From an uncultured Bacilli bacterium (GTDB taxonomy: Bacteria > Bacillota_I > Bacilli_A > RF39 > UBA660): a stretch of DNA of 64,000 nucleotides. Within the stretch, counting starts at the first letter, position 1. Each line of letters opens with the position of its first letter. The position numbers were made by a program, and so were the translations under genes. Location: NCBI GenBank assembly GCA_934098345.1, contig CAKONX010000001.1:9510-73509 (forward strand). Direction: 5' to 3'. Under the pieces are notes generated by a model that was not told the origin of the DNA, searched no databases, and saw nothing but the letters and a program-made list of their open reading frames with translations. Below, in pieces: positions 21,381 through 31,006 of the stretch.

Positions 21381-21836
21381 CTACTTAATTAAGTTATTTT
21401 TCCCACTTATTAGAGCTAATCTTAAAGCTCTGTTATATTGATTATTTAATATATAAAAAGATATTTCTAAATAAAGAAATGTTCCATTCTTAAATTCAAC
21501 TATTCCATTACCAGTTTTACCATCTTTTAATATATTTTTTACATTGATGAGATTAATCCACATACAAGACCTTAATCTTGGAGAAGATGTTGGAAATAAT
21601 AGTAGGCAATTCTTTTCACTAAGCATAATTGGTGTCTTATAAGAAGAACCAATTGAATAAATACTACCTTCTACCCTTCCATCCATACTAGATCCGTACA
21701 TTAAAGCATTCTTCTTAATAACAACTTTTGGACTATTATCTATATAAAATTGATTATCTTCTTCAATAATAATAGACTTTTTTGGCCCATTTGGAAGTAT
21801 TGCATATGTATCATCTGTAATCATATATTCTTTCAT
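21381..21836 (-). CDS. comK: ComK-family competence transcription factor homolog (short, 151 aa)
   Basis: Collinear with B. subtilis ComK: YAILP, FYI...P..VI, YGSSMDGRVEGSIYSI (cf. FGSSYAGRKAGTYEV), KTPIML...LLLFPTSSPRLRSCMWINL (cf. KPPIMV..IFLFPTLSSTRPQCGWISH), FKNGTFLYLEISFYILNNQYNRALRLA (cf. FSNGKTMELPISYNSFENQVYRTAWLR). Confidence 0.7.
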   Translation of the reverse strand: MKEYMITDDTYAILPNGPKKSIIIEEDNQFYIDNSPKVVIKKNALMYGSSMDGRVEGSIYSIGSSYKTPIMLSEKNCLLLFPTSSPRLRSCMWINLINVKNILKDGKTGNGIVEFKNGTFLYLEISFYILNNQYNRALRLALISGKNNLIK

Positions 21837-21922
21837 AAAACCCTCCTGTGAGGTTGTATACTAACAGATGAAAAGCGCGAATTTTGTCAAAAAAAAGAAT
21901 ATTAGTTAAATTTTCTAATATT

Positions 21923-23044
21923 CTAATAAGTTTTAATAGGTAAAATCAATTGAATTAATGTTTCATCAGTAGCTGATTTTAAGATAATTGGTTTAGAATC
22001 CCCATTCATAAATATTGTTATATCTTCACTATCAAATGTTTTTAATGCATCCATCATATATTTTGCACTGAATGAAATTGATATATCTTCAGAAGTATTT
22101 TTATCTATATTAATATAATCTTCAACTTTACCAATTTCAGATGCAAATGATGAAATCTCTAACATATTTTCTTTAGTTTCCATTTTTATGATATTTTTTT
22201 CTTTACTTTGAGCAAGTAATGCAGCACGATCTATTGAAGAGAATAAATCATTTAATTTAGTTGTAATAATAAATATGAAATCATTTGGTATAAATGAAGA
22301 AGTATTTGGATAAGTACCATTTAATAAGTTTGATTGGAAATCAACATTTTTATATTTAAATAAAATTTTGTTATTAAATATATGGATTTCAACTAAATCT
22401 TCACTATCTTCTAATATTTTATCTAAATTATCAATATTTTTACCAGGAATAACAATATCAACTGGTAAAGAATAATTTTCATCTAATATAATTGTCTTTT
22501 TAGCAAGTCTATATGAATCTGTTGCAATAGCCTCTAAAACATTACCATTAACTTTTATATTAATACCAGTAAGTAATGGACGAGATTCTTGAGTTGATAT
22601 AGCAAATATTACTTGTTTAATTAAAGTTTTCAATTCTCCTGATTTTAAAGTAATAAAATTATCATTTTCTTCTATATCTATTTGTGGATAATCTAAACTA
22701 TTTAAACAATTTAAGTTATATTTACTATTGTCAGTGTAAATCATTATTTTTAAATCATCAATTACTTCAAAGTTTACAATGTCACTTGGCATCTTTCTAA
22801 TAATATCTATTAAGAATTTACTTTGAATAATAATTGTTCCAGTAGATTCAATACTTTCTATTTTATCTTTTTCTATAAATGATCTGATAGTTAAATCAGT
22901 ATCACTTGCCATAAGTGTTAATCCTTCTTCAGTAAGTTCAAACTTAATACCATTAAGTATAGGTATTATATTTCTACTTGATATTGCCTTACTTACATTT
23001 ACTAATTGGTCTAAAATAATATTCTTTTTAATTCTAAATTTCAT
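21923..23044 (-). CDS. dnaN: DNA polymerase III beta sliding clamp
   Basis: 373 aa, three-domain clamp pattern, immediately downstream of dnaA. Confidence 0.9.
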   Translation of the reverse strand: MKFRIKKNIILDQLVNVSKAISSRNIIPILNGIKFELTEEGLTLMASDTDLTIRSFIEKDKIESIESTGTIIIQSKFLIDIIRKMPSDIVNFEVIDDLKIMIYTDNSKYNLNCLNSLDYPQIDIEENDNFITLKSGELKTLIKQVIFAISTQESRPLLTGINIKVNGNVLEAIATDSYRLAKKTIILDENYSLPVDIVIPGKNIDNLDKILEDSEDLVEIHIFNNKILFKYKNVDFQSNLLNGTYPNTSSFIPNDFIFIITTKLNDLFSSIDRAALLAQSKEKNIIKMETKENMLEISSFASEIGKVEDYINIDKNTSEDISISFSAKYMMDALKTFDSEDITIFMNGDSKPIILKSATDETLIQLILPIKTY

Positions 23045-23186
23045 ATTTATTCCTTCTTTCTTTTATATATATTATTTTTATTATTAGTGTTGAAATTGTT
23101 GAAAACTATCATTTACACTTTATTTTCCACTAATTTTACATTTATTTATTAATATTTTAGTGTTAATAAGTTGTAAGTTATTAACA
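23045..23186. promoter_or_regulatory. dnaA-dnaN intergenic DnaA-box cluster / probable DNA-unwinding part of bipartite oriC
   Basis: tandem gttgaaattgttgaaaac (reverse TTTTCAACA-type boxes), very AT-rich. Confidence 0.4.
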
Positions 23187-24539
23187 TTAATTCATGATTT
23201 TATCTTTTATTTTATTAATTTCTTCTTTTAATTCATCATCTTGTTTTAAACTATCAGCTATCTTATCACAAGCATGAATTACAGTAGCATGATCTCTATT
23301 AAATTCCAAACCAATTTTATCAAGTGTTTCTTCCGTTGTCATTTTACATAAGTAAATGGCTACTTGCCTTGCATGATTTATGATTGCCGTTCTTTTCTTA
23401 CTTTTTAATGATTCAACTGTTAAATCATAATATTCAGCAACAGCTTTCTGTATTTTAGTAACATTGTTAGTTATATATACTGAAGAACCTATATAATCTT
23501 TTAACGCATCTTTTGCAAATTCCAGATTAATTTCTTTAGGTGAATACATTGCTGTTACTGCATATAACCTATTTATAGCACCTTCTAAGTGTCTAACATC
23601 GTTTTCACAGTTGTTTGCAATATATTCCAGTACTTCAGGAGCAATCATTTTACTTACTTCATGTCCTGCAATTTTATTTTTTACAATTTTTAAACGAAGT
23701 TCATAATCTGGAGGCATTATATTAACTGTAAGTCCCCAAGTAAACCTTGTTCTAAGACGTTCTTCCAGTACTTTTAAGTCATCTGGACTTCTATCTGATG
23801 ATATTATTATCTGTTTATTTAAACTATATAACTCATTAAATGTGTTAAAAAATTCATCCTGAGTCTTATTAGCACCACCTAAAAATTGAATATCATCAAT
23901 TATTAATACATCTACACTTCGATATTTTTCTTTAAAATGAGCAATTAAATCTAAGTTGTTATCATCTTTTCTATTAATTTGAGTAAAATCTGTTATAAAT
24001 CTCTCACTTGTAACATATAAAACCGATTTATTTGAGTTATCAGTAACAAAATTACCAATAGCATGCATTAAATGTGTCTTCCCTAACCCGCTTTTTCCAT
24101 ATATAAATAAGGGATTATAAAGTTTTCCAGGTTGTTCAGCAACTGATAAGCCAACTGTTTGAGCTAATCTATTAGAATTACCAACAACAAAATTATCAAA
24201 TGTATAATTTGGATTCAAATTACTACAATTATTATTCTTAAATTTAGGCATATCCATTATAGGTTCTTCTATAATGACCTCTTCTTCTTTTATATCTTCT
24301 TTGCAAATAACTTCAAAATCATATTCTTCATTACTTACTTCTTTTAAAACATCTTTAATAATGTTTTCATAATAATTATTTATATAATCTTTTTTATATT
24401 TATTAGCAGCACATATAGTTAAAGTATGATTATCCAAACTAATTATATCCGCATCCTTAAACCAAGTGTTAAATGAAATATTATTTAACTTACTGCTAAG
24501 AACATTTAAAAAAGTATTCCAAAAACCTTCCTTATCCAT
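23187..24539 (-). CDS. dnaA: chromosomal replication initiator DnaA
   Basis: 450 aa; AAA+ Walker A GKSGLGKTHLMHAIGN, Walker B LIIDDIQF, C-terminal DnaA-box-binding HTH (KRTAIINHARQVAIYLCK). Confidence 0.95.
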   Translation of the reverse strand: MDKEGFWNTFLNVLSSKLNNISFNTWFKDADIISLDNHTLTICAANKYKKDYINNYYENIIKDVLKEVSNEEYDFEVICKEDIKEEEVIIEEPIMDMPKFKNNNCSNLNPNYTFDNFVVGNSNRLAQTVGLSVAEQPGKLYNPLFIYGKSGLGKTHLMHAIGNFVTDNSNKSVLYVTSERFITDFTQINRKDDNNLDLIAHFKEKYRSVDVLIIDDIQFLGGANKTQDEFFNTFNELYSLNKQIIISSDRSPDDLKVLEERLRTRFTWGLTVNIMPPDYELRLKIVKNKIAGHEVSKMIAPEVLEYIANNCENDVRHLEGAINRLYAVTAMYSPKEINLEFAKDALKDYIGSSVYITNNVTKIQKAVAEYYDLTVESLKSKKRTAIINHARQVAIYLCKMTTEETLDKIGLEFNRDHATVIHACDKIADSLKQDDELKEEINKIKDKIMN

Positions 24540-24599
24540 TTAACCACCCTGCTTTACCATTAAAATAATCAACTTTCACATTTGATTTTTCTAACTAAA

Positions 24600-24830
24600 T
24601 AAATTGTAAATCACTTTTGTTGAAAAATAAAGTAATAAATTAAAAAATCATCTTTTCAACACGTTATTAACAAACTTATTAACAATTCGTATACTATAAT
24701 AACGTAAAAAAATAGACTTTTCAACAGTTTCAACAAATTAATTAAAAAAGTTTTCAATTGTTAAAAAAAGTTATTAACAATCAACGTTGAAAAGTTGAAA
24801 ACTAAGTTTTTTACCTAAAAATACGTAAAA
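24600..24830. promoter_or_regulatory. oriC region: cluster of at least 7 DnaA-box-like 9-mers TTTTCAACA / TTATTAACA upstream of dnaA
   Basis: tgttgaaaa (24616), ttttcaaca (24653), tttcaacag/tttcaacaa (24719-24736), ttttcaatt (24751), gttgaaaagttgaaaac (24786-24802), plus repeated ttattaacaa. Confidence 0.55.
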
Positions 24831-24896
24831 ATAATTGACTTCTAATTTCTATTATTATATAATAACTTTGCTTTTGAGATGTGGAGGTGGAAAACA

Positions 24897-25019
24897 ATGA
24901 AAAGAACATTTCAACCAAATAATCGTAAAAAATCAAAAAAACATGGATTCTTTGCACGTAAAAATTCTAAAATATTAAAAACTAGAAGAGCAAAAGGAAG
25001 AAAAATTTTAAGTAGATAA
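24897..25019 (+). CDS. rpmH: 50S ribosomal protein L34
   Basis: Hand-translated: [48 protein letters not shown] 9 nt upstream; absent from the ORF track because <60 aa. Confidence 0.9.
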   Translation: MKRTFQPNNRKKSKKHGFFARKNSKILKTRRAKGRKILSR

Positions 25020-25081
25020 TTAACTAAGCCACTTTTGTGGCTTTTTATTCTATTATGATTAGCTTTTTGAGGAGGAAAATT

Positions 25082-25399
25082 ATGAAAAAATATGAAACTG
25101 TTAAAGAACATAAGGACTTTGAATACATTATTCATAATTGTCCCTTTAAAAAAAGTAAAAATTTTATTATATATAATAAGGATAATGATTTAGCTTATTC
25201 TAGATTTGGAATAGCAGTTTCTAAAAAATTAGGAAATGCAGTTACAAGAAACAGAGCTAAAAGAGTTATGAGAGAATTAATTCACAATAATAAAAAGTTA
25301 TTTTCAAATAGTAAAGATTATATTATAATAATAAAAAAAGGATTAATTGACGAATCTTTTAGTAATTTGAATGATGAATTAATTAAGACATTAAAATAG
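25082..25399 (+). CDS. rnpA: ribonuclease P protein component
   Basis: RNR motif region (AVTRNRAKRVMRE); start at MKKYETV with GGAGG RBS. Confidence 0.85.
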   Translation: MKKYETVKEHKDFEYIIHNCPFKKSKNFIIYNKDNDLAYSRFGIAVSKKLGNAVTRNRAKRVMRELIHNNKKLFSNSKDYIIIIKKGLIDESFSNLNDELIKTLK

Positions 25400-25407
25400 G
25401 AGAGAAT

Positions 25408-26337
25408 ATGAAAAAGAAAATATGTGTTATTGCAGCAATTATTCTTCTAACATTAACTGGATGTAATAAACAATTAGTTGATGGAGATAAAAAAAGAGTA
25501 ATGGATGAAAAGACTGGTCAAAGTTTATCAGCAAATATTCTTTGTTTACCAGAAAATGAAGAAATATTAGAACAATATAAAAAGTACGAAGAATATATGG
25601 ATGTTAAATTAAGTGATTTACCAAAATGTTCTAATATGAAAATTTATGAGAAAAAAGCTTATAATGGACTTTGGGTACAATTATTTGTTAGACCACTTGC
25701 TTGGGTAATTATTAATTTAGGAAAAATGCTTGGTAACTATGGTGTATCCGTAATGGTTATGGGAATAATTATTCGTTTAATAATGATGCCTTTTAGTGCT
25801 AAAACAATAAGACAACAAGAAAATTTAAAGAAAGCTCAACCTGAACTTGAAAGAATAGAAAAGAAATATAAAGATAAAACTGATCAAGAATCAATGATGC
25901 AAAAGAGTCAAGAAACATTAAGTATTTATAAAAAATATAGTGTTAATCCATTAAGCAGTTGCTTAGTATCATTTATTCAACTTCCTTTATTCTTTGCTTT
26001 CCTAGAAGCAATCAACAGGGTTCCAGCAATATTTGAAAACTATTTTTGGAAATTCCAATTAGGTACAACGCCTTTAGTTGGAATAAAAGAAGGTAATTAT
26101 TTCTACATAATCTTAATAGTTTTAATAGTCTTATTCACAGCATTATCATTTAAGATGACGATGAATCAAACAAGTGTAACAACTGAAAGTGGGGTACAAA
26201 CTAAATACATGATGATCTTTATGACTGTATTTATTGGTATTGCATCTATTCAATTACCATCAGCAATTGCTTTATATTGGGTAGTTACAAATGCATTTAA
26301 TGTATTCCAAACAATAATATTTAAGAAAGTAGGTTAG
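25408..26337 (+). CDS. yidC: membrane protein insertase YidC/SpoIIIJ/OxaA (lipoprotein)
   Basis: lipobox LTLTGC, 5 TM 60-kDa inner-membrane insertase core, downstream of rnpA. Confidence 0.85.
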   Translation: MKKKICVIAAIILLTLTGCNKQLVDGDKKRVMDEKTGQSLSANILCLPENEEILEQYKKYEEYMDVKLSDLPKCSNMKIYEKKAYNGLWVQLFVRPLAWVIINLGKMLGNYGVSVMVMGIIIRLIMMPFSAKTIRQQENLKKAQPELERIEKKYKDKTDQESMMQKSQETLSIYKKYSVNPLSSCLVSFIQLPLFFAFLEAINRVPAIFENYFWKFQLGTTPLVGIKEGNYFYIILIVLIVLFTALSFKMTMNQTSVTTESGVQTKYMMIFMTVFIGIASIQLPSAIALYWVVTNAFNVFQTIIFKKVG

Positions 26338-26339
26338 TT

Positions 26340-26954
26340 ATGAAATTTGAAGTATTTGAAGGAAAAACAGAAGAAGAAGTAAAAGAAAATGCACTTAATT
26401 CACTAAATGTAGAAGAAAGTGATATTCTTTATAAAGTTGAAAAAGAAAAAGTGGGTCTTTTAAAAAAAGAAGTAATAAAAATGTATGTTTATAAATTAAC
26501 AGACATAGTTGAATTTATAAAACAATACCTTGAAAATATAACTTCTTCCATGGGTTTAGAAGTAACATTTGAAACTAAAATAAGAGAAAAACAAATAACT
26601 GTAAAAATGTATTCTAATAATAATAAAATACTTATTGGACATAATGGTGCTACCTTATCCGCACTTACAACAATTGTAAAACAAGTAGTTATGAATGAAA
26701 TTGGAATGTATCCATACTTAATTCTAGATGTAGAAAATTATAAAGAAAAACAAGTTAAATACTTAGAAAGACTTGCTAAAAATTTAGCTCGTGAAGTAGA
26801 ACATACTAAAGAAGAAGTAGAATTAGAAAACATGAATTCATATGAGAGAAGAATAATACATAATATATTATCTGATAATAAATATGTTTATACTGAATCT
26901 GTAGGTGAAGAACCAGAAAGACATGTTGTAATTAAACCTAAGGAGAATAAATAA
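26340..26954 (+). CDS. khpB: Jag/KhpB RNA-binding protein (KH + R3H domains)
   Basis: conserved position after yidC; C-terminal R3H (SYERRIIHNILSD). Confidence 0.8.
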   Translation: MKFEVFEGKTEEEVKENALNSLNVEESDILYKVEKEKVGLLKKEVIKMYVYKLTDIVEFIKQYLENITSSMGLEVTFETKIREKQITVKMYSNNNKILIGHNGATLSALTTIVKQVVMNEIGMYPYLILDVENYKEKQVKYLERLAKNLAREVEHTKEEVELENMNSYERRIIHNILSDNKYVYTESVGEEPERHVVIKPKENK

Positions 26955-27018
26955 TTCTCTTTTTTTTTACTCTCTATAGTGATAATATAGGGTTGTATTT
27001 TTATTGGTGGTGATTATT

Positions 27019-28374
27019 TTGAATGAAAATATATGTGCAATATCAACTTCTTTAGGAGTAGGGGCTATTTCAATAGTTAGATGTTCTGGTCCAGAAGTAA
27101 TTTCAATTGCAAATAAAATATTTAAAGGGAAAAATTTAGAAAATGTTAAAACTCATACTATACATTATGGTTATATAGTTGATAAAGATGATATTATTGA
27201 TGAAGTTTTAGTTTCTGTAATGCGTGCTCCTAAGACTTTTACTAGAGAAGATGTAGTAGAAATTAACTGTCATGGAGGCATTTCAACAACTAATAAAGTT
27301 TTAGAATTATTAATTAAAGCTGGGTGTAGACTTGCAACTCCAGGAGAATTTACTAAAAAAGCATTTTTAAATGGAAGAATAGATTTAACAGAAGCTGAAG
27401 GAATTCAAGAACTTATTTCATCAGAAGGTGAAGCATCAAGAAAATATGCAATGAATAAAGTTGAAGGAAATTTATCTAAAATAATAAAAAATATCAGGAA
27501 ACGTATAGTAAATTTAAGTGCAGAACTTGAAGTTAACTATGATTATCCAGAAGAAGCAGATAATCCAGAAGTTACTTATTCATCTCTTGAAACTGAACTA
27601 AAAGAAATTAAAAATAATTTGGATAACTTACTAATGAATTCAGAAAGCGTAAATATTGTAAAAAATGGAATAGATGTTGCAATTATAGGTAAACCAAATG
27701 TTGGTAAAAGCAGTATATTAAATCATTTAACAAATGAAAATAAAGCAATTGTAACAGATATTGCTGGTACTACAAGAGATATTGTAGAATCATCAATAAT
27801 GATAAATGGAATAATGTTTAATCTTATAGATACAGCGGGAATTAGAAAAAGCAGTGATATAGTTGAACAAATAGGTGTTAAAAGAAGCTTAGATGAACTC
27901 GAAAAAGCCGATTTAGTTATATTTGTATTAAATAATAATGAACCACTAGATAAAGAAGAATTAGAAGTAATAAATAAAGATATAAGAGCTAAAAAAATAG
28001 TATTTATAAACAAAAATGATTTAAGTTCAAAAATAGATGAACATTTATTAGATGGACTTGATATATGTTATGGAAATACATTAAATGAAAATGGATTAGA
28101 TAGTTTAAAGAATGAAATTGTTGAATTATTTAATCTTGATGAAATTGAAAGTAAGAATTATAATTATCTATCAAATGCAAGACATATTGCATTAACTCGT
28201 AAATCACTTGAATCAATTGAAAATGCACTTAAATCTATTAAAGATGAAGTACCTTTTGAAATGATTTCAGTTGATTTAAACGATGCTTATAATTATTTAG
28301 GAGAAATTATAGGTGCTGTTTATAAAGATGAATTGCTAGATACTTTATTTAGTAAATTTTGCTTAGGAAAATAA
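27019..28374 (+). CDS. mnmE: tRNA modification GTPase MnmE
   Basis: N-terminus NENICAISTSLGVGAISIVRCSG aligns to MnmE start; G-domain GKPNVGKSS, DTAG; C-terminal CLGK; start chosen at TTG 27019 behind GGTGGTGA. Confidence 0.85.
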   Translation: MNENICAISTSLGVGAISIVRCSGPEVISIANKIFKGKNLENVKTHTIHYGYIVDKDDIIDEVLVSVMRAPKTFTREDVVEINCHGGISTTNKVLELLIKAGCRLATPGEFTKKAFLNGRIDLTEAEGIQELISSEGEASRKYAMNKVEGNLSKIIKNIRKRIVNLSAELEVNYDYPEEADNPEVTYSSLETELKEIKNNLDNLLMNSESVNIVKNGIDVAIIGKPNVGKSSILNHLTNENKAIVTDIAGTTRDIVESSIMINGIMFNLIDTAGIRKSSDIVEQIGVKRSLDELEKADLVIFVLNNNEPLDKEELEVINKDIRAKKIVFINKNDLSSKIDEHLLDGLDICYGNTLNENGLDSLKNEIVELFNLDEIESKNYNYLSNARHIALTRKSLESIENALKSIKDEVPFEMISVDLNDAYNYLGEIIGAVYKDELLDTLFSKFCLGK

Positions 28375-28386
28375 GGAAGTGAAAAT

Positions 28387-30261
28387 ATGAACTATGATGT
28401 AATAGTTGTTGGAGGAGGACACGCTGGATGTGAAGCAGCTGCCTCTGCAGCAAGATGTGGAATGCACACAGCTTTAATAACTTCAAATATGAACAATATT
28501 GCTGATATGCCATGTAATCCAAGTATAGGTGGAACAGCTAAGGGAATAGTTGTAAGAGAAATAGATGCCTTAGGTGGACTTATGGGTCGTGTTGCAGATA
28601 AATCACATTTACAAATAAAAATGTTAAATTCAGGAAAAGGTCCAGCAGTTAAAAGTTTACGTGCTCAAGGAGATAAAATAACTTATCCTAAAAATATGAA
28701 AGAAGAGTTAAATAAACTTGAAAATTTAGATATTATAGAAGAAATGGTAGAAGACTTAATTGTCGAAAATAACACAATTAAAGGGATAATATGTGAATCG
28801 AAAAATGAATATTATTGTAAAAGTTTAGTTTTAACTACTGGTACATATCTAAAGAGTAAAATACTTGTTGGTTCAACTTTTAAATATGAAGGGCCTCATG
28901 GAGAAACAAGTAGTAAACATTTATCAGATAAATTAAGATCTTTAGGTTTAGAAATACAAAGACTAAAAACTGGAACTCCTCAAAGAATTGATCCAAATAC
29001 AGTAGATTATTCAGTATTAACAGAAGAATTAGGTGATGATGAATTGCTTTCTTTCTCATTTGATAGAAAACCAGACTATGATCCTAAAAAACAAAGAAAA
29101 TGTTATTTAGTTTATACTAATGAAGAAACTCATAAAATTATAAAAGATAATTTAGATAAATCAGCTATGTATGGAGGATATGCAGAAGGAATTGGTCCTA
29201 GATATTGTCCAAGTATTGAAGATAAAGTAGTTAGATTTAAAGATAAAGAAAGACATCAATTATTTCTAGAACCAGAAAGTGATTATTATCCAGATCTTTA
29301 TTTACAAGGATTTTCTACATCTATGCCAATAGATGTTCAAGAAAAAATGGTACACAGTTTAAAAGGATTAGAAAATGCTAAAATATTAAAATTTGCTTAT
29401 GCAATTGAATATGATGCTATTAATCCATTACAAATGAAACCATCACTAGAATCCAAAGTAATAAATAACTTATTTACAGCTGGACAAATTAATGGAACAA
29501 GTGGTTATGAAGAAGCAGCTGGACAAGGTTTAATTGCTGGAATTAATGCTAGTCAAAAGGTTAAAGGTGAAGAACCATTAATTTTAAAAAGAAATGAAGC
29601 ATATATAGGTGTTTTAATAGATGATTTAGTAACTAAAGGAACAAAAGAACCTTATAGATTATTAACAAGTCGAGCTGAATATAGATTAGTTTTAAGACAT
29701 GATAATGCTGATTTAAGATTAAGAAGAATAGGTTATAAATATGGTTCAGTAACAGATGAACAATATAATAATTTATTAGAAAAAGAAAAAAACATTGAAT
29801 CATTAACTAATGAATTAAAAACTTTAAAAATAAATAATAAAAATGTAACTGAAGAGATAAAAAATCACTTAAATGTAGAAGCACTTGATACAGGTATAAG
29901 TGGATATTTATTACTTAAAAGACCTCAAATAAAAATTACTGACTTAGTTCCATATTTATCAAAAGAATATGATAAAGAAATACTAGAAGTAGTTGAAATT
30001 GAAATAAAATATGAAGGATATATTGAAAAAACAAATCGTGAAATAGAACACATGTTAAAGCTTGAAACTAAACGAATTCCTGAAGATATTAACTATGATT
30101 TAGTTTCTAATATTGCCAGTGAAGCAAAACAAAAATTAAAACAAGTACGCCCTCAAACTTTAGCACAAGCTACTAGAATTAGTGGAGTAAACTTAACTGA
30201 TATATCAGTTTTATCTGTATATTTAAAAAAACATTATAGTAAGGATTCTAATAATGAATAG
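28387..30261 (+). CDS. mnmG: tRNA uridine 5-carboxymethylaminomethyl modification enzyme MnmG (GidA)
   Basis: FAD-binding VIVVGGGHAGCEAA, 624 aa. Confidence 0.95.
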   Translation: MNYDVIVVGGGHAGCEAAASAARCGMHTALITSNMNNIADMPCNPSIGGTAKGIVVREIDALGGLMGRVADKSHLQIKMLNSGKGPAVKSLRAQGDKITYPKNMKEELNKLENLDIIEEMVEDLIVENNTIKGIICESKNEYYCKSLVLTTGTYLKSKILVGSTFKYEGPHGETSSKHLSDKLRSLGLEIQRLKTGTPQRIDPNTVDYSVLTEELGDDELLSFSFDRKPDYDPKKQRKCYLVYTNEETHKIIKDNLDKSAMYGGYAEGIGPRYCPSIEDKVVRFKDKERHQLFLEPESDYYPDLYLQGFSTSMPIDVQEKMVHSLKGLENAKILKFAYAIEYDAINPLQMKPSLESKVINNLFTAGQINGTSGYEEAAGQGLIAGINASQKVKGEEPLILKRNEAYIGVLIDDLVTKGTKEPYRLLTSRAEYRLVLRHDNADLRLRRIGYKYGSVTDEQYNNLLEKEKNIESLTNELKTLKINNKNVTEEIKNHLNVEALDTGISGYLLLKRPQIKITDLVPYLSKEYDKEILEVVEIEIKYEGYIEKTNREIEHMLKLETKRIPEDINYDLVSNIASEAKQKLKQVRPQTLAQATRISGVNLTDISVLSVYLKKHYSKDSNNE

Positions 30262-30976
30262 AGAAGAATTTATTGAAGAAACTAAAAAACTAGGTATTAA
30301 TATAACAGAAGAAATTATGAACAAGTTTGATACCTATATTAATTTTTTAATCGAGTATAATGAACATACTAATTTAACAGCAATAAAAGACTATGAAAGT
30401 ATTCTTTTAAAACATTTTTTTGATTCTTTAATGTTAGAACATTATTTTGATTTTAAAAATACAAAACGTATTTTAGATATTGGAACTGGAGCAGGATTCC
30501 CAGGTATGATTTTAGCAATAATGCATCCAGAAATAGAAGTTACATTACTGGATTCTAATAATAAAAAACTAAAATTTTTAGAGTTATTAGCTGAAAAAAT
30601 AAATGTAAAAAATATTAAAATAGTCCATGAAAGAGCAGAAGATTATGTAAATCGTGAAAGACAAAAATTTGATGTGGTAACTTCACGTGCCGTAAGTGAT
30701 TTAGAAATCTTATCTGAATTAAGTATACCTTTCTTAAAAATAGGAGGTTACTTTATTCCTTTAAAAGGTAAAATAGATGATGAATTAAATAGGTCAAAAG
30801 AAATAATAAAAAATCTTGGTGGAAATATAAAAAATATCTTTAATTATGAACTAATTAAAGAAAATTCTACTCGTAATATAATATTAATTGAAAAGGTAAG
30901 TGATACTCCAAATAAGTATCCTAGAAATTATTCACAAATAAAAAGAATAGTTGAAAAAAAGACAAAAATAAAGTAA
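30254..30976 (+). CDS. rsmG: 16S rRNA (guanine527-N7)-methyltransferase RsmG (GidB)
   Basis: DIGTGAGFPG SAM motif; overlaps mnmG by 8 nt. Confidence 0.85.
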   Translation: MNREEFIEETKKLGINITEEIMNKFDTYINFLIEYNEHTNLTAIKDYESILLKHFFDSLMLEHYFDFKNTKRILDIGTGAGFPGMILAIMHPEIEVTLLDSNNKKLKFLELLAEKINVKNIKIVHERAEDYVNRERQKFDVVTSRAVSDLEILSELSIPFLKIGGYFIPLKGKIDDELNRSKEIIKNLGGNIKNIFNYELIKENSTRNIILIEKVSDTPNKYPRNYSQIKRIVEKKTKIK

Positions 30977-31006
30977 TATAAATATAGAATAAAATAGGTT
31001 GGTACG

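Noticed and set aside
24911-25135. Minus-strand 74-aa ORF overlapping rpmH and the rnpA start
   Set aside because: It overlaps the clearly conserved L34 and RNase P protein genes on the opposite strand. It has no RBS or homology.
27004-27018. TTG at 27004 as the mnmE start (ORF-track start)
   Set aside because: Alignment with the conserved MnmE N-terminus (M..IAAISTP.G.GAI.I.R.SG) and a GGTGGTGA RBS favour the in-frame TTG at 27019. The upstream extension adds a non-conserved VVIIL stretch.
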